Source: Catajapyx aquilonaris (lineage: Eukaryota). Taken from it: a DNA stretch of 64,000 nt. Each line of letters starts with the position of its first letter. Within the stretch, counting starts at the first letter, position 1. The DNA is taken from assembly GCA_000934665.2 (NCBI GenBank), contig KZ538176.1, positions 1 through 64,000 on the forward strand, given 5' to 3'. Of this stretch, positions 39,001 to 54,000 are shown piece by piece. Both the position numbers and the translations under genes were made by a program. Under the pieces are notes generated by a model. The model was not told the DNA's origin and searched no databases. It saw nothing but the letters and a program-made list of their open reading frames with translations.

Positions 39001-42000
39001 TAAGCATATGGCACCCTGATTGGCTGCCCGTAAGCACATAGCGCGCCGATTGGTCTCACGTAAGTACCCGCCCAATCAGTGCTGGCTGCGTGCTTTTACT
39101 GTCGACCACACCACGACCCAACAGCGACCTTACCGATTCTGGACGTCCCAAGCAACAAGCATCCTGGGCTATGACGCACTAGTCACAATCACGATGACGG
39201 AGTGGGCCGCCCTTGCCTTGGAAACCGCGTCCTTCCAGGCTCCAGCACCATCTCTCAAGTGTCCTTCCTTCCTGTTCCCCTTGCCCTCCACTCTTTCCAC
39301 ACTCGAGACCAAACAAAACGATGGCCATATATAGGCAATACCAGCAATACTCGCTCTCGCCCGCACCACCGGAGCGACCGCTTCCAAGGGAAAGTAGGCC
39401 CTGGCCTCAAGTGGGCCCCTCACGTTGTCAAGTCTCGCGCCATTGCACCTCCAACAGAACCGTGGACCAACCCAAAAAACACCCCTGCAAGGTTGATCAC
39501 CGCCATTTTTAGGCCCTGACTAGTATCCAACAATCCAGGTGCATCCCGCATTGGACCGCACCCACACGCGCGGCATCACCGCAAAGACTGGCATCGCCGC
39601 GAACTTGCCCCACATTTCGCGACTCCAAAGGTCAACGATGAAAGTTCTCAGCACTCTGAGTACGAACGTTACATAAACGTACCTGATGGAACTCCATCGG
39701 TTTCCCCACTCGCTGTGGTGCGCAGTCCGACCTGGCCAGCCAACAAACTGCGACTGGCTGGCCTCAACCAAATAAGGCGACCAGCAGCTGGCTAACCTTG
39801 GCAGCCAAAACTACCTGAGAGGCTGCCGTAAGGATTCTTCCGCCTCGAAACCTCATAGGGAATCTCGCCCTTACTGCCCAACTCGAGGCAGACTGGATTC
39901 GCCAAAACGGAGAAGTCACCAAGGAAGGTCACTCACTCCCACCAGTTTCCGCGACTACTGCAGCTAGCCGACGCCTATCGACGGAACACCCTGTACTTTT
40001 CTAGTCGTCATCACGTAATAGGTGCGTCACTTCAGAAATCCTCAAGAAATCCCCCTCTGGCAGGGCAAGGCCACGCGAATGCTCCATCCCGCCCAAACCC
40101 ATCCTCTGATTCCCCCGAGAGAGCCGTGCCATTACCATTCTTGGAGCAGGCCTCTGCCTCCGCAACCAGAGGTCACAGACACAAAAGGCATCCGCGAGTG
40201 GAGGGGAACTTGGCGCCCTGCCACCAATCCCACCTCGCCAACACTCCGGATACCTCCTTTTGTTACAGGGTGCTCCAACAATGTGGCCAAACCACGTGTA
40301 CGGCACCTGATTATAAAACCAGTGGCGAGTTGCGTAATGCCATTACCTGCTGACAAATCAGGTTAATTTTCGCACAAAGTCAGCAAGCCGCATAGAACAT
40401 GGCTGTTTTAGTGACTATCTAGTCAGAATCAATAAAACTCCGGTTTCCCCCCAGCCAGCTCCTTCCAAGGAGTGTCCCCGAAATGGCCCGCCGCGTCTTG
40501 GGTAATACCCATGGGTAATACCAGGCAAGGCCGTGACCCCTTGCAGTCAGGGAGTAACTGTACCCGGACCCTGCTCAAAGTGAAATCAGCCCCCATGAAG
40601 TCATCGTGTGGTAGCCCATCTATCGGGCCTGGGGAAGGTCACTCGCCATTACCATGTCAGCACCTGCCCACCAGTCATCCTAGTGGTTAGACCGCCTTTG
40701 ATCCTAGGGGTTGCATACTTGGCAGGATACACACAGTCTCCGGATGTCACTCCTTCACACCCATGGAGAGCTTCCCCTTTCTATTTTCACTGTGTAGATT
40801 TTCGACGTCACCTTTTTCGTTGGAGCCTCCACTCACGCCCCGTGACCAATTTTCCCCACCGCTGGAGCGAGCTTTGATCGATTTCACCTCACCTACTGCA
40901 CTCTGCTACACCACATTCAAATGTGCCTTATTAAGTCGGGCTATATCAGTGCGGGCCATGACCACCTTATTTTGCTCCGGAGAGGAAACGCATCTTCCTG
41001 GCAAAGACCTCAAAACCGGCTTGTCACCTGGGCGTCCACCAACTTTCCCAAATCTGACCTGACCTCGTTTCCATATCATTTTTTACGAGTGTATACTCTC
41101 AGCGGGCTTGCAGTGTTGGCCAGTACCCCCAATTTTAAAAAGGTGGCCTTCAATCCCTTTTCTGTGTACACATAACGAGTCGTGCCCCACACGTGGGTAG
41201 TAATACACACATTGCGTTACATCGCTGGCACCCAAATTGAAGGTCACCCGTCATTTCCAAAGCTTCCTTTCTGGCAAACACGCCCGTTCGACTTGACCTG
41301 CATAGAAGGCTGACCCGCGACAATGGGCTGGAAACCTCCAATTATGGCCAGGTGTGTGCGATTCGACAGTACCCTAAAAAGGTGCCGGTACTCACCACAT
41401 GGCCTGGACCGACACCGGCTTGAAGATGTGCTGGCGCTCGCAGCTCTTGACACTGAATCCCCTGTGAAAGAACAACTCAAATCAGCGATCTAGTTCATTA
41501 CCTTTGACCCCCTCTGGTGCTTACCCATCTCCGTCCAGCGTGATGGCAGTGTGTGCCAGTACCCGCAGCACCAGCCCAATGGTGGTCCTCTCGTTACAGT
41601 CGATCCCCAGAAGACAGCTCTCCTCTGTACTTTGTCGCCCCAGGCACGACACCACCACCAAGTACCTCGTCCTGGCCGGGTGCACGCTCTCCAGTTTCAC
41701 AGCCTGTCAACATAGGTCAATTGCCATTAGAACTGGCCGTACCGCTTGCTTTAAATACATGTAAACCTACACGTCCAATTCGATTGATTGATCATTTATG
41801 ATTATGACGCAAATGCATTATGCGCTACGCTGCACAGCGTTGAATAAATAAGCGTACATAAATGTGCGTGAAATAGCCGCATCCATGCCTGCGTGACCGT
41901 GCGTGACCCACGGTCACGGGAGGTCAAACAAGCCGCAAAACCAAGGGGCTCACGATAATTCTAATATCAACTGAGGCAACCACCGTTTCCTCGCCCTTGC

Positions 42001-45000
42001 TATTAGCTAAGTACCGTGTACTTTTTTCGGTCTCTTACGCGGTTGGGGCCTACGATTTCACCCCTCCTATATAAAACCAAGAGTTGCGCACAAACTTTCC
42101 AAGTGTCCAATCCCAATGAGTAGAAAATTGCAGCATTGGCTCTAGGGGTGGAAGGAGGGGGGATTAAAGAAACCACACGCAATTATAACTTTCATATCCT
42201 CGTGGTGTGGCAACCCTGTGGGAACACAACCACAGGGGCCCCATGCTGGACACTTTTGCCCTCTCCTGAAGGAGGTCACCTCCTCTCCGCGCAATTCATC
42301 CACAAATTGGAACATGGCAGCCCCCCTCATTACGACCCCACATAATTGCTCCATAACCCCCTCTCTTCCTCCAGTAGCTTCTTCAGCCTGTCTCAGAACC
42401 AGAATCGGTCCTAAATCACCGACTAAATGGGGCGTCCCCGACAAAAACATGTCTCCGGATCTTTATTAAAACGCTATCTGCTTGCCAATTAGGATTAGCA
42501 TTGTGAGTAATGGCAAGTGAAATGGTCCTGCAGGAAGCTGGAAAAAGTGCACGCGCCTTATTCATCTTCCTCTCCGGTGTCTTCCGGCAGGGCTTCCTCA
42601 TTAGTCCTTTGTCTCTCGAGAATCCGGATGGATGGTATTTGCCCGCGGACACAACACATCTGGTTGTTGCATTCACACCGACCTGATGACCCCCCTCAGG
42701 CCCCCCCTTCCTTCCCTTTTTGCAGGGTCGATCACCCCGGTTCCATCATTTGGCAAAAACCATGCCCACGCTCAGTCATGCTCCATAACCTCTGAACGAT
42801 GCCCAGCAGTTTTTCCATCATTCTGATATCGCCCGAAATTACAGGGCGATACCGGTCAATGCCTTCTCCTTCACTTTTATGACATCCTTTTCTGCCCCCG
42901 CGGTCATCAGTCCTGATAAGCCAGATCGTGACCTCACGCATCCAGCCAGGTCATGCACAAACCAGTAGTAAACAAGGCCCCTTACCATCTTGAGTGTGTC
43001 GTCCGCCCGGAGGATGTAGAACATGGCCTGGAGGTGTCTCTGGATGTCCGCGCTGTTGGCCGTGCTGTTCTTCCGGCACATCCGTAGACCTCCGTGCTGG
43101 GGCAGCACCAAGGCGGCACCCTTCACCGCGAAGTAACACTCGCTCAGGCTGCAACACCAACAACACACAGGATTGAGACCCGGCATGTCTTCTCACTATC
43201 CGCATAACACTACAACTGAGCACTATCATGAACTCATGCACGTCACGACAATGAGCTGGCCAGGTATCTTATCTGCCAGATGTAAAGACGCACCTGCTCA
43301 AGTGACTGAAGCAATCGGTAAACAACCTCATAAATATTTTATTGTCCAGCAAAAATAATTTCTCCAGCATGCATCTGCCCAATGCTTTCACTGGGCATGC
43401 ATGTCCTCATTGTGAGGTGACAAAAAAAAAGTGGCAATAATCACGCCATACATATTGTTGCTCATTCAAGAAACCTGCAATCAATCATTAAATCCGGAAA
43501 CCTTCAAGTGGGGCGTTCCCATGCAATCAGTGTGCCCTCAGACGGGGTTAGGAGGTCGCCATGCTCCCCTGATTTACCTCCTGCGCGAATCTCCAGCACA
43601 TATTGCATGCCGGGACGGAACCTTTTTGGCCAACCTCCCTACATAATCAGAGTGACAAAAGCTGTATTTCAAACCTGAAGGGAGAGTGACGTTGACCGAG
43701 TCGCGCTTTTCCCCCTGCGAAAGTAAAACGTAACCTGAAAATCTAAGCACCGCGACCATGTAGCAAAACAACAACAACAAAAACCGACAGCACCAAAAAT
43801 GGAAGTAAACGTACGCCCCACAATCATACACCAACCGTAAGTCGGTGCCAGATGAAAAAAAAAAAAATGACTTTGGTGCCTTTAAAGGACGTGTCAATGG
43901 CCCCGAGCCAAGCCGGCGATCGATGCCCGCCGGCTGGGAAACTTCCAGACCAGATTTTTGCTTTAAAACCAATTATGGGCACAATATGGTAATCCGACCT
44001 TGCTCTCAATAAATTTGTTTTTTAAAAATTCACCATGTTCTATTCGTCAGAAATCAAAAAATTTTAAAAACGATTTTGACCCCCATATTCGTACTCACCC
44101 GGGTCGTACCGCCTGTTGAACTCCCATGTCACTCACTGGGGCCAAACCCCGTCACACCGCACTTCACCGACCCATGACATTGACGCGTATCACCCGATTA
44201 GGACCGCGCCAGTTCCTCCCTCCTAATCCTGAGCCTTGCCCAAATCCGTCTGCAACGAATCCTACCAGAGGTGGCGCTTTGGCAGGGGAGGGAAAAAGCC
44301 TGCACTGCGCAAGACCCAGCGCCATTCCCGACATGTCGTCACCGACATTGTACCCCACCCGAGAAGCCACCGACCTAAAGTCAAAAAGCGATAAATCGGT
44401 ACTTTCTATTTGTAATTTTTTTTTTCGGTATTTTTGTACGGAATTTCCGCTATACTTTCACCATCCAAAAATCGGCGGACTTTTGAGACACGCCTAATTT
44501 GGGAACCAGACGCCCAAATTGGACTGGCAATGTTGCACAACTTTCAGGCGTTTCGGCGCTCTTATTCACCAGGCTATTTTCCCATGTTGAGACAAGTGTT
44601 GTAATTACTTACAACGAACGTCGCCTCCTACTTACACCGCCTGTTAAGCGATACTGACTGACGGCCTTGAGATCTCCGATGCTTGTCACTGTTCCAATAC
44701 AAATATGATGTAAAATATCTTCTCCAAAAAATGCAAACAAGCATAAGGCCACATTTCGCAAAAAGAAATTGCGCAATATCTGCTGTTTAAGCAGTTCGGT
44801 AGCGTCCGGCTGTACAAACTGTCTATTTTTAAATATTTTACGTCAAAATCGCAGCGCTACGCTTGCAAGGCGGCCTATTGTTTCCTTTTCTCAGTTGACT
44901 TAGTGGCATTTTGACAATTCAGCCACGCTTGGGAGAACAATCGACGAAAGATGCGGTCCTCTTTGTGGGAGAAAAAGGCTTCCTTCTACGGCATAGACGA

Positions 45001-48000
45001 CTCAATCAATTCATTCTGGCTGTATACGCGGCAGTACTTTTCTCCAATATAACACTGAGAAAAATATGGGAAGCACTAGCCCATGAAACACAAGCCCACC
45101 TCGAATAAGCTACGTCAGTGAGTCACAGGTGGCCGCAGGTCTCACATGAACGGCGTATCTGGCCAAGGTGATCTCCTCAGAACAATACTTCGGCCCGCAA
45201 ATAATGAGGCATCCATGGCAATAAGTAACCCGATATGACAAATCCCGCCATGGAAATGAAGGAGCCCCACCGAAGTCCATAAGGATCCCCATAAATTAAT
45301 TGCGGCCTCCGTATCTTTCGACAGCCTCAGATGATAAGAAGCGAGAGACCCGCGGTCGTGACGGGCGTAACCGAATCAAAGTGAAAGCTGCTGCCGGGAT
45401 ACACACACGTACACACACGCGTACGGAGAGGATAACCATCCGCGTCCCATATTTCGTCCCTGATTATTAGTTCACGTTGCAAGTACCGGTACTTTACTTC
45501 GTCTGGCTATCAATTAGGCGGCCTCCTTTGTATGTGACTATCACTCGTGATGGCATATACACATTAAATTTCGCAAACATATTTGTGGAAATAGTATTCA
45601 GCGTGTTGTCTAAATAATTGCATATGACGAAAACTGATGAATGCGCAGGAATTCCATGTTGATAAGAGGGTAACGCCCCAGATTGACCTCTAAATCAGCC
45701 ACTAAACAGCTCTGATTTAATCATGACAGAAATGGGTCGCCCCCTTCAGCAGTGGCAGAAAGTAAAGAAACTGTCGCAGTACCCAGACAGAAAAACCACC
45801 AATCATACGCTATAAACTCTCGTTACTTTACGCACAACCCCATCATTAGAAGCAACCTTGGAAAGCAATTACATCCACAAAACTTACCCCCCGATTTGTT
45901 ACCCTTCGGTAGCGTTAAATTATTCCCGATGCATTGCCTGACGTGAAAGGTTAATGGCTCCATCCCTAGAAAATGTCCCCCAGTAAACGACGTTGTCACG
46001 GCTAATCGACTCCCATGAAATCAGTACTTATTTGGAGTCAACCAATGTAAGCAAATCACTCATTGGGTCCCCCTGGCTCACTAATCTCGTTACCTCTGTC
46101 CCCTCAGGCCTCGACGACGTCCACCCCTGCACAATCCGGTATTCCCTTCACGATGCAAGACCACCATCCTCTGAGTCTGCTCAAGTCATCGATCGCTCAA
46201 TTGCCACTAACCGCACTAACGAACTCGTCAAGTCCGACCACCAGCACGCTTCGCATATCTCTTGACATCTGCCGAAGCCTTTCACAAGGAAGAATCGTAC
46301 GCATCGCCAGGAAACGTGTCCATGTTATGGCCGGTATGGTAGTGGTGGTGGGGTGTTCAGGCGTAATAGCTGCCCCTTGGCGTGTTCCTCTCCAGGAAAA
46401 CAATGAGCCTTTTTTTCCCCCTTGCACGTACCCTTTCATAATTACTGGCATGGAAAATGGCCATGTTGCTTCATCGCTATATTTTAATATGTAAAATCGC
46501 ATTTTCGATTAGTATGGCCTCAGCCTAACTGGACAGGTCTTCAATCACACTACTCCATATGTGTTCAACCCACCTACAGACAACACTTACAAAGATTTAT
46601 ACACCGCTTTACTCCCCGGCTGACGACATGCACAAAGTGTGAGTGTGTAACACATGCACCACCCTGCAGACCCACACGGCAGGGGGTTAAGACATGTTTG
46701 TATCAACCAGTAAGTGATATACTGTGCTGTCCACCCACTCCGGACCCCCTGAGTCGAAGAATTTCACTTAAAACAAAATTTGCCAAATTTGTTGCTCCAA
46801 CCAAATCGATCATTCATGTGGGATAATTACTCTTCAAAAATAGTTACGGTGCCTGAAAAAAGTTGGCCAGCTCGCATACCATGCCTTATATGCACAGTTG
46901 CCTTATCGGAGGAGAGCGGGGTTGGGTTCGGCTTTTCTTCCCTATCCCAACCAGGCACACACCCACGTATACCTGGCCGATTCCGTGGGAACCGATTGAT
47001 TCTCTTCCCATCTGGCCACTGACATTTTGCCCCGGGGCCCAATAATTTCGCCTTCCTGTTTTCACTTTATTCACTCCCAATTTTTTTTTCTTCCCGTCGC
47101 TTCTTGGCACACCCGGAGTTTCCTATATAAGATTGCGCAAAACCGTACGTCCGTTTTTACTGTTTCTGTCGGGGCGCGATAACCCGATCACCGCAATACC
47201 ACTTTCCACTTCTTGTCACATCCGCGATTTTTTTGTTGTTCCGTCTTACGTACTGTACTGTGTAGCATTTACGGCACAGCCAATATCCTCGCGCCAAAAC
47301 AAGTTTTGATTACGTACCCTCACATCCTGTATCTTTTTGTGCAAATGATCAATGGCGCATTAAGAATCGCCTTCAAAAAACAGTCACGCTTCGCACGTTT
47401 TCTGGCGATAATGCCTTCTCGCCAATTTGGCATTGTAAGTGGGAACAATGCACATAAGAGTTACACTCCGCGCACGATGTTTTCAATTAATTACTAATCC
47501 GACCCGAAAACGAGACCTCGCTGTAAAACATGCCTGTCCTTGCCCAACTTTCTCCCCCGCCTTTTTGATTAAAAATTTCGCCCAAATTTTAATAAAATAT
47601 AAAATTCGCAACACCTTCATGCCCACCTTCATCAAAATTTATTTGAAATTTATTTTTAGTGAATGTGTGCCGACTTAAATGAAATATCAATTATTCTTTC
47701 AAGCACAAATGGACATGTGGTTCGTTTGGAGCCAATGCATGGATGCACCGTGCGACTATAAAACTTCAGTACAGGCTCGCCCACGCAACAACCCGTAAAA
47801 ACATAATGTCTGTACCGGCTATAAAAAAGGCGCTACCAAATGATAATTCACGCCCATTCTCTCCAGATAAGCCCGATTCAGATTTCAGGCCCAAGAAGCA
47901 TCATTCTTCACCCTTCCCCTACTCCCTCTGACAATGGACTGTCATCAAATTCCCTACCGTATCAAATTTACTCCACGTCCATTTTTTGTTTCCTTCAACC

Positions 48001-51000
48001 CCCATAAAAAGGGCTTGGAAGAACTTTGTAAAAAAATAATCCTCCCCTTCTATGTTACCTGCCCAAATCTATAGGAGTGCATTGGCCCATGGCGAAGGTT
48101 TTGTTCAGCCCGCTGAACTCCATTTACAAAACTGCTTCCCCCAACCATTCTGAGATTTCTGTACCAGGCTCCCCACTTTTTTATGTAATAAAAAACCGTT
48201 CGTGAATGTCCTTTCAAGTTTGTTTGATAGAAACGCAGTGATTCTTATGGGATGTCGGGGATCATGTGGCACGACACGTAATGGGAACAGGTCAGGGTCG
48301 CTCAAAAGTGGGCAAACCGGGTCATCCTCTTATTACAGGGATGCATACAAGTGCACTTGAATTGCGACAGTGCCCTTCAAGTACCGTTTTACTGCGCATA
48401 AAGTCGGCCGCACTCGGATTTGTGTTGAACCCTTCCGTGCATGATAAGCCCTTTAATTTTTTTTCTATGTGTGTGCGGTTAGCAGGAAGTTGGCTATTTA
48501 CCGACCTTATCAAGCTCCCAGGTTATGTAACATGGATTTAAAAGGCCCGCAAGATGACCCCCAAAAATTTATTCGAAATATGATTGGCTCATGGCGGCCA
48601 TATTGGCGCTGATTTATAGCTCAAAATCGGCAGTCAGCTGTTGCTTCGACGTTATAACCGAAACCTTCAGTTGTTGCCGTCCCAAAACCCAAGTCGTTAA
48701 TCCCATTGTAAACATTACGCACACCCTGGCCTTGGGGTTGCGGCCAATTGCATTAGCCTGATGTTCCTCAAGTGCTGCTTCCAACACAGCACGTGACCGG
48801 AGGTGCCGCTCGAAAAATTATCATCCGAAGTCATCGCACACCATTTTTTGGCCGCCTCTTCACTACCCCCCAGCTTTTGTCCCCTTGCGGCCATACCTAA
48901 CTGTACAACTGGGCCTTGCGGGTTATTTTGCATAGCTCAGCATGCAGGCAGAACAAAGACACGTTCCTTACATTTCAAGATCACGCTGTGATTTCCCTTT
49001 TTTTCACATTCGGTCACTAACTGTGAGCTTTTGAGTGGCATCTCCCAACAAAAAATTAACAAGTACCGCATGTTCTTTCAGTCTGAGCAACACGTGCCAA
49101 TAATGTCTACAGGACACTTAATAGTAGCATTGTGAATGGGCCTTTGACAATTCACATTCACCTTGTGCAAGGTTACGCCACATGAATTCCGTGCCTGCCG
49201 TCGCTAAATTCCACAATGATAAGCTGATAATCAATTTTCCTCCCCAGTTGATGAACCTGCCGTATACTGTATACTGTTGCTATTCAAGCCCGGTCTGGGT
49301 TCCCTTGAATGTGTAATTTCCTCCCCCATCAACTCGCCCATGGGATTTCATAAGCACAGTGCTCCACCAAGCACAACTGAATCGTGCTTCGACACCTAAC
49401 CAAAAGATGCAACACCGTCATTTCTTTTTTGCGACTTTCCCCACCATCCTCTCAAGACCATGGGAATGGCGAATCCTCCGCTTTTCCCCGAATTGCGGTA
49501 TGCCTGTCTCATCCGGAAGCCATTTCTAGCCAAGGACAAGTCTCTTTTTTAATTAGGCGCTGGTTCTGCTACGAGTAGCATTAGCAGGTCCTTGAGGTTA
49601 TTTCCTGCTTATCCTCTCCACCTTTAAAAAAAAAAAAAGTGTATGCAGAATACCTGCACTTTACATGTTTCGCTCCAATTGCCCCTTCATTGCACAACAT
49701 CCACTCGATTGTGCACGATCGTGTACACGACTTCACTTATCGCCGTTCCCACACCTTCTGCGTGCTTTCAGAAAATGCGGGACACAAAGACAATATGCAT
49801 ATTCAGCCTTGTTAAATAATGGACAAACTTTCCCCCGTTCGTGTCCCCCAAAAGTACTGAAGCAATACACACCTCCCCTTCCTGGGCGAATCCTCCTCAA
49901 CTTGGCGAGCCACATTGTCCTGCAAAGAGAGAGAGAGAGAGAAAAATTAGAGTGAAAGTGAAGTTGCGACCGAAACGAGCGTGAGAAATGAGACCGATTC
50001 ACATACTTCCATCTCGTAATAGTCATCCATTACAAACCGTTTCACAACCCACCGCTTAGCATGCCAGCTTTTCGCTAATTGCCAAGTCTCGTATGTGCAC
50101 CATATATCCGGAAGCGCCCCCCTTTTTTATCATGGGCGGAAAATACACAAAAGCGGAAGTGGGTACAAACAGACCGCGGCAAACTGCAGAATATTATCAC
50201 TTATTCATTGCCAGGGACAGACTGTTTGACTCGGGTGCTGCAGTATATGGCCAACGTTATTTTCTCCCCCTCGAATGTCAGCCTCGTTTATTATTCAAAT
50301 CCCACCAGCTGTATAGGGCGCCATTTTCGGCTTATACAGTCCCAGACACCGGTTCAGGGCAGCTGCCGAAGCAATACCATGTAAGTCAATACCAAGATAC
50401 CAGCACATTCGCAGCTACCACCATGTTGCCTCATCCTGTACAAAATCAACACTGCTAATGGGTGTCATTCGTGTAGCCTTATTTACTATCTTGTCAACTC
50501 GCCCCCACAAAAAAGTCTGTAAATAAAATCCCTTTTCTTCGAGGATTATATCAACTCAACAAACTGCTGATGGTGACATAATAATGTGGTGTTATATCCA
50601 CTGTGAGGTCACTTTTTGTACAAATATGCAGTGTGCACACCACACAAAACATATTTCTGAAAATAGGCCTACAATTTAAAACCTACCAAAAATAGGGTCG
50701 GACGACTATCGATCGCCGAATCGAACCCACATTGTTCATACGCATGCCGCCGACACTGTGGCCCCGGAAGACGGCGGAACCACACACGTAACCCTACGTC
50801 AATACGCTCTGACTTGCGGGTCGTTATACCCTGCAATGTCTAGAGAAAGGCACGCTGAATGGACATAACCCACCTGGACTGACTATTGAGCGGCCAGCCC
50901 AGTTAAAATTAGCCTTCTAATGGGTGCTCAGCTTGTCTCTGGTATAAACAACAGGTAAATTTTTGGCACAAACGTGTCAAGCCTCCTAGTTCCCGTTACC

Positions 51001-54000
51001 ATCCCGAGACGGGTTCTTGGCCTGTTGGTTAAATATTAAACCCCCCTCCTTCCGGTGACTAGACCATCAGATAAATTACCTTCCAACCTGTTCCCCCAGC
51101 TCTCTCTCCCCGCCTCCCCATCTTCCTCAGTCTGTAGTAACGGATCCCATGTGCAAGGCCAAACCAGACGATCAGTAAGCCGTACAACAAAATCCCATTT
51201 GGAAGGGATGCTGGAAAGGGGCAGCTGGGCTTGCTAAATACATTTCTGGTCGCTGATCCGGATCATCCAACGATTACTGAGAGGGGTACAGTATGCAGAT
51301 GAGACAAAAACTGCCCCATGTTGCATAAGACTGGTTTGCCTACCTGTTTTCTCACGGTATGCAGAGCGAGACAAGGGTAGTTACAGCATATCCTAAATAA
51401 GCACCGGTGTCCAATCCATATGATCCGTAAGAAAGGCACTTGCACATCATGGGCTTACTACCCAGAGACTGGCTTCCTTCCTTCCCAATCACTTGTCAAT
51501 AAATGGGCATGTGAGCGCCACCAAGTCTACTTTAGTCGACCGACTAGCATGGCATATGAGACCAAGGCCTACCAATCGATTCTAGACCGATTCTTCTTTC
51601 CCACCAATCCTGGAATCGGTTTTAATCGTGAAAACAGAAGTAGGTGAATGCAGCATGCGTATGTGAAGCACACATTATATGGCCCATAAAATGCACGGAG
51701 ATGTCTCATCACTTTCTGGAAACTAGAGGGTGACATGTGAAAATCGTGACTTTTACAGCATACTTTCTCGTTAAAAGCGCGTTTTTTATGCGAGAAGACA
51801 GATTTCTTCACATGATGCCTCGTTAAGGAGAGCGCAATTTTGAAACAATGAAAACAAAAGTTTGGAATTGCAAATGGACTGCGACTGTTCATTGTATATG
51901 CAGATTCTCTAGTCACTATGCATCGACTGACGGGTTTTCAAAGTTTCCCGAGGGAGTAACCAATACTGTAAGTTTATTACACGCAAGTCTGAGAGCCAGC
52001 TCAACTTCACATCACGAAATGTCAGAAATAGTTCGTTTCGTAAAGTGAGCAAACTACCATAATTTCCCGCAGCCTTAGGCTCCAGAACTGTAATTTTAAA
52101 TCACAATACACCGCACTATAGGATGCTGCTTTTAGACCTGGACTTGTCCTTGACGTCTTACACAGAGGGCTGTGCAGTCTGCTTGATGAACATGTGAAGT
52201 CTAAGAATGAACCTCCTGCAGCTCTGGCAAGTTTATGGGCAGGGGATATGTAGATGTATACTCGAAAAATGGTAATATCTTACTTCCTTGCATATATGAC
52301 TGGCATGCCACTCGTGCTTTCATACACTGGGAATTTATGAGTGATGCTTGCATGTTCTTCCAAGCCCTCAGGTCGGTCATTGACATACAGTTACGTTATG
52401 TACTAAGTACAAATCGACAATATCGATTCGTGCACTATCGACAAAGCTGGTTGGTGGGAGGTACAAGGCGGCCAATTATCGCCATCCTTTGTCCAACAAC
52501 CCCAAGAAGGGCAGCTGGAGGTGAATCCGGTTGTCCAAAAGGGGAGCAATTTCTTTCCATCAAAGGCTAGACAAAACGGTAGACCTTTTAGTTCCCCCCA
52601 CGTGGGTACCATGTACCGTACGGTACATTGGGGTGTGGCCCTCGCATTACTTCTTCATTACAAGGCCTCCCTGGCTCGACCCCGTCATGAAAACGAGAAC
52701 GCGCAATAACGGACGGGCTTTAGTAACCTATTCCACTTGCTGGCCCAAAGTTTTCCCAACCTGAATTGCAATTTTCCTGCATCCCAAGCTTCAATATGAT
52801 CGCATTTGATCCCACTGAAGGATCCTTTGTTACGGTTCCGTTACATCACGAGGCACTCACCGTTCCCACATCATCGTGATACTAACTTCTCTCGCTTTTT
52901 TTTCTACCCAGGACAATAGCTGAGTGTCGGTTACGCCAGGTCACTCTTGTAGCAGTTACTGGACGCGATTTGAAGCTGTAACAACGAACGAAATGGTCTA
53001 ACAGCCCCTCTTCAATTTGTAGAGTCGGCGCTTGCAGTTGTCGTCTCTAGGATTCCCTCCTCGGTAGTAGAGGCCTTGAGCACCAATTGCACTTGTTAAT
53101 GAGATGTCCCACGCAGAAACACCCAGTAGTGCACAAGTAAACCAACCAACATCCCACTATTTACGATCTAACACGTGCAAAAATTCCCCAGGTAATGAGC
53201 AATTACCCGCACGACACCTTCAATATTGAATTACCCCTAATGGACCGTGCAACACCCCCATGTGGGCGTGATGAAACCCAAGTCCTTTGTTGTGCACCTG
53301 CCCAATCTACGCATTTGCCTGGGTGTGTGCACCGACACCGACATTCTTCTCGCATTCATCGGGGCTCTTCCGACCGTGTCAGCAGGGTTCAGATCTCTGT
53401 TAAACGACATGGTGACGCCTTGATTACCACAGAGAACGGTTTGTTCGTGGATGTTAACCTTCGTTGTCTGCTAACATCCAATTAAAAGTGAAGAGCGGTC
53501 ATAAGCACCCGCAGTAAACAATATAAAAAAATATGCCGGTACAAAGGCTACCTTTTGCGGTCAACACCTGAGCCTCTGACCGCAAAATGAAGGTAATTCC
53601 AATCCGAATCCTCCCGAGTTGTAGAGGGGACACCTGGCCCAGACAAGCCTGAGCCCTGAAGAATATTCAAGAGGCGTCAAGCAGTCCAGCCCAACCAGAG
53701 AGCCCAGCCTCCTCAACACTTGCGCAACATGATATATGGCCCTCCACAAAAGGGAAACGCAAGAGACTCACAAAAAGGAAGTAACAGCCGGCTGCTCATT
53801 TGCATCTAAAAGGAGGGGGCGGGAAAACATCAACATGGACCAGTCATCCGATGCTGGCCAGCACAGCCTATTTCAATAAATAAGCAGCCATTTAGCATAA
53901 CTGCTGCTGGATTAGCTTTAAGAAAATTGTTCAACTTGATGTAACTTATCAACTTGATGTAACTTGATAAGTTACATCAAGTTCAACCATTTTTTAAGAG

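Noticed and set aside
38896..39066. 30-bp repeats as a CRISPR or a coding repeat (ORFs 38818-39075 and 38840-39037)
   Set aside because: No spacers; the ORFs stay open only because the unit length is a multiple of three.
41893..41919. 10-bp hairpin CGTGACCGTG...CACGGTCACG as a Helitron end
   Set aside because: No CTRR terminus follows and no other element features are visible.
43578..43638. Possible ssh exon ending ...GDSRRS|gtaaat
   Set aside because: The donor phase fits, but the nearest acceptor gives phase 1, incompatible with the first exon; no supporting similarity.
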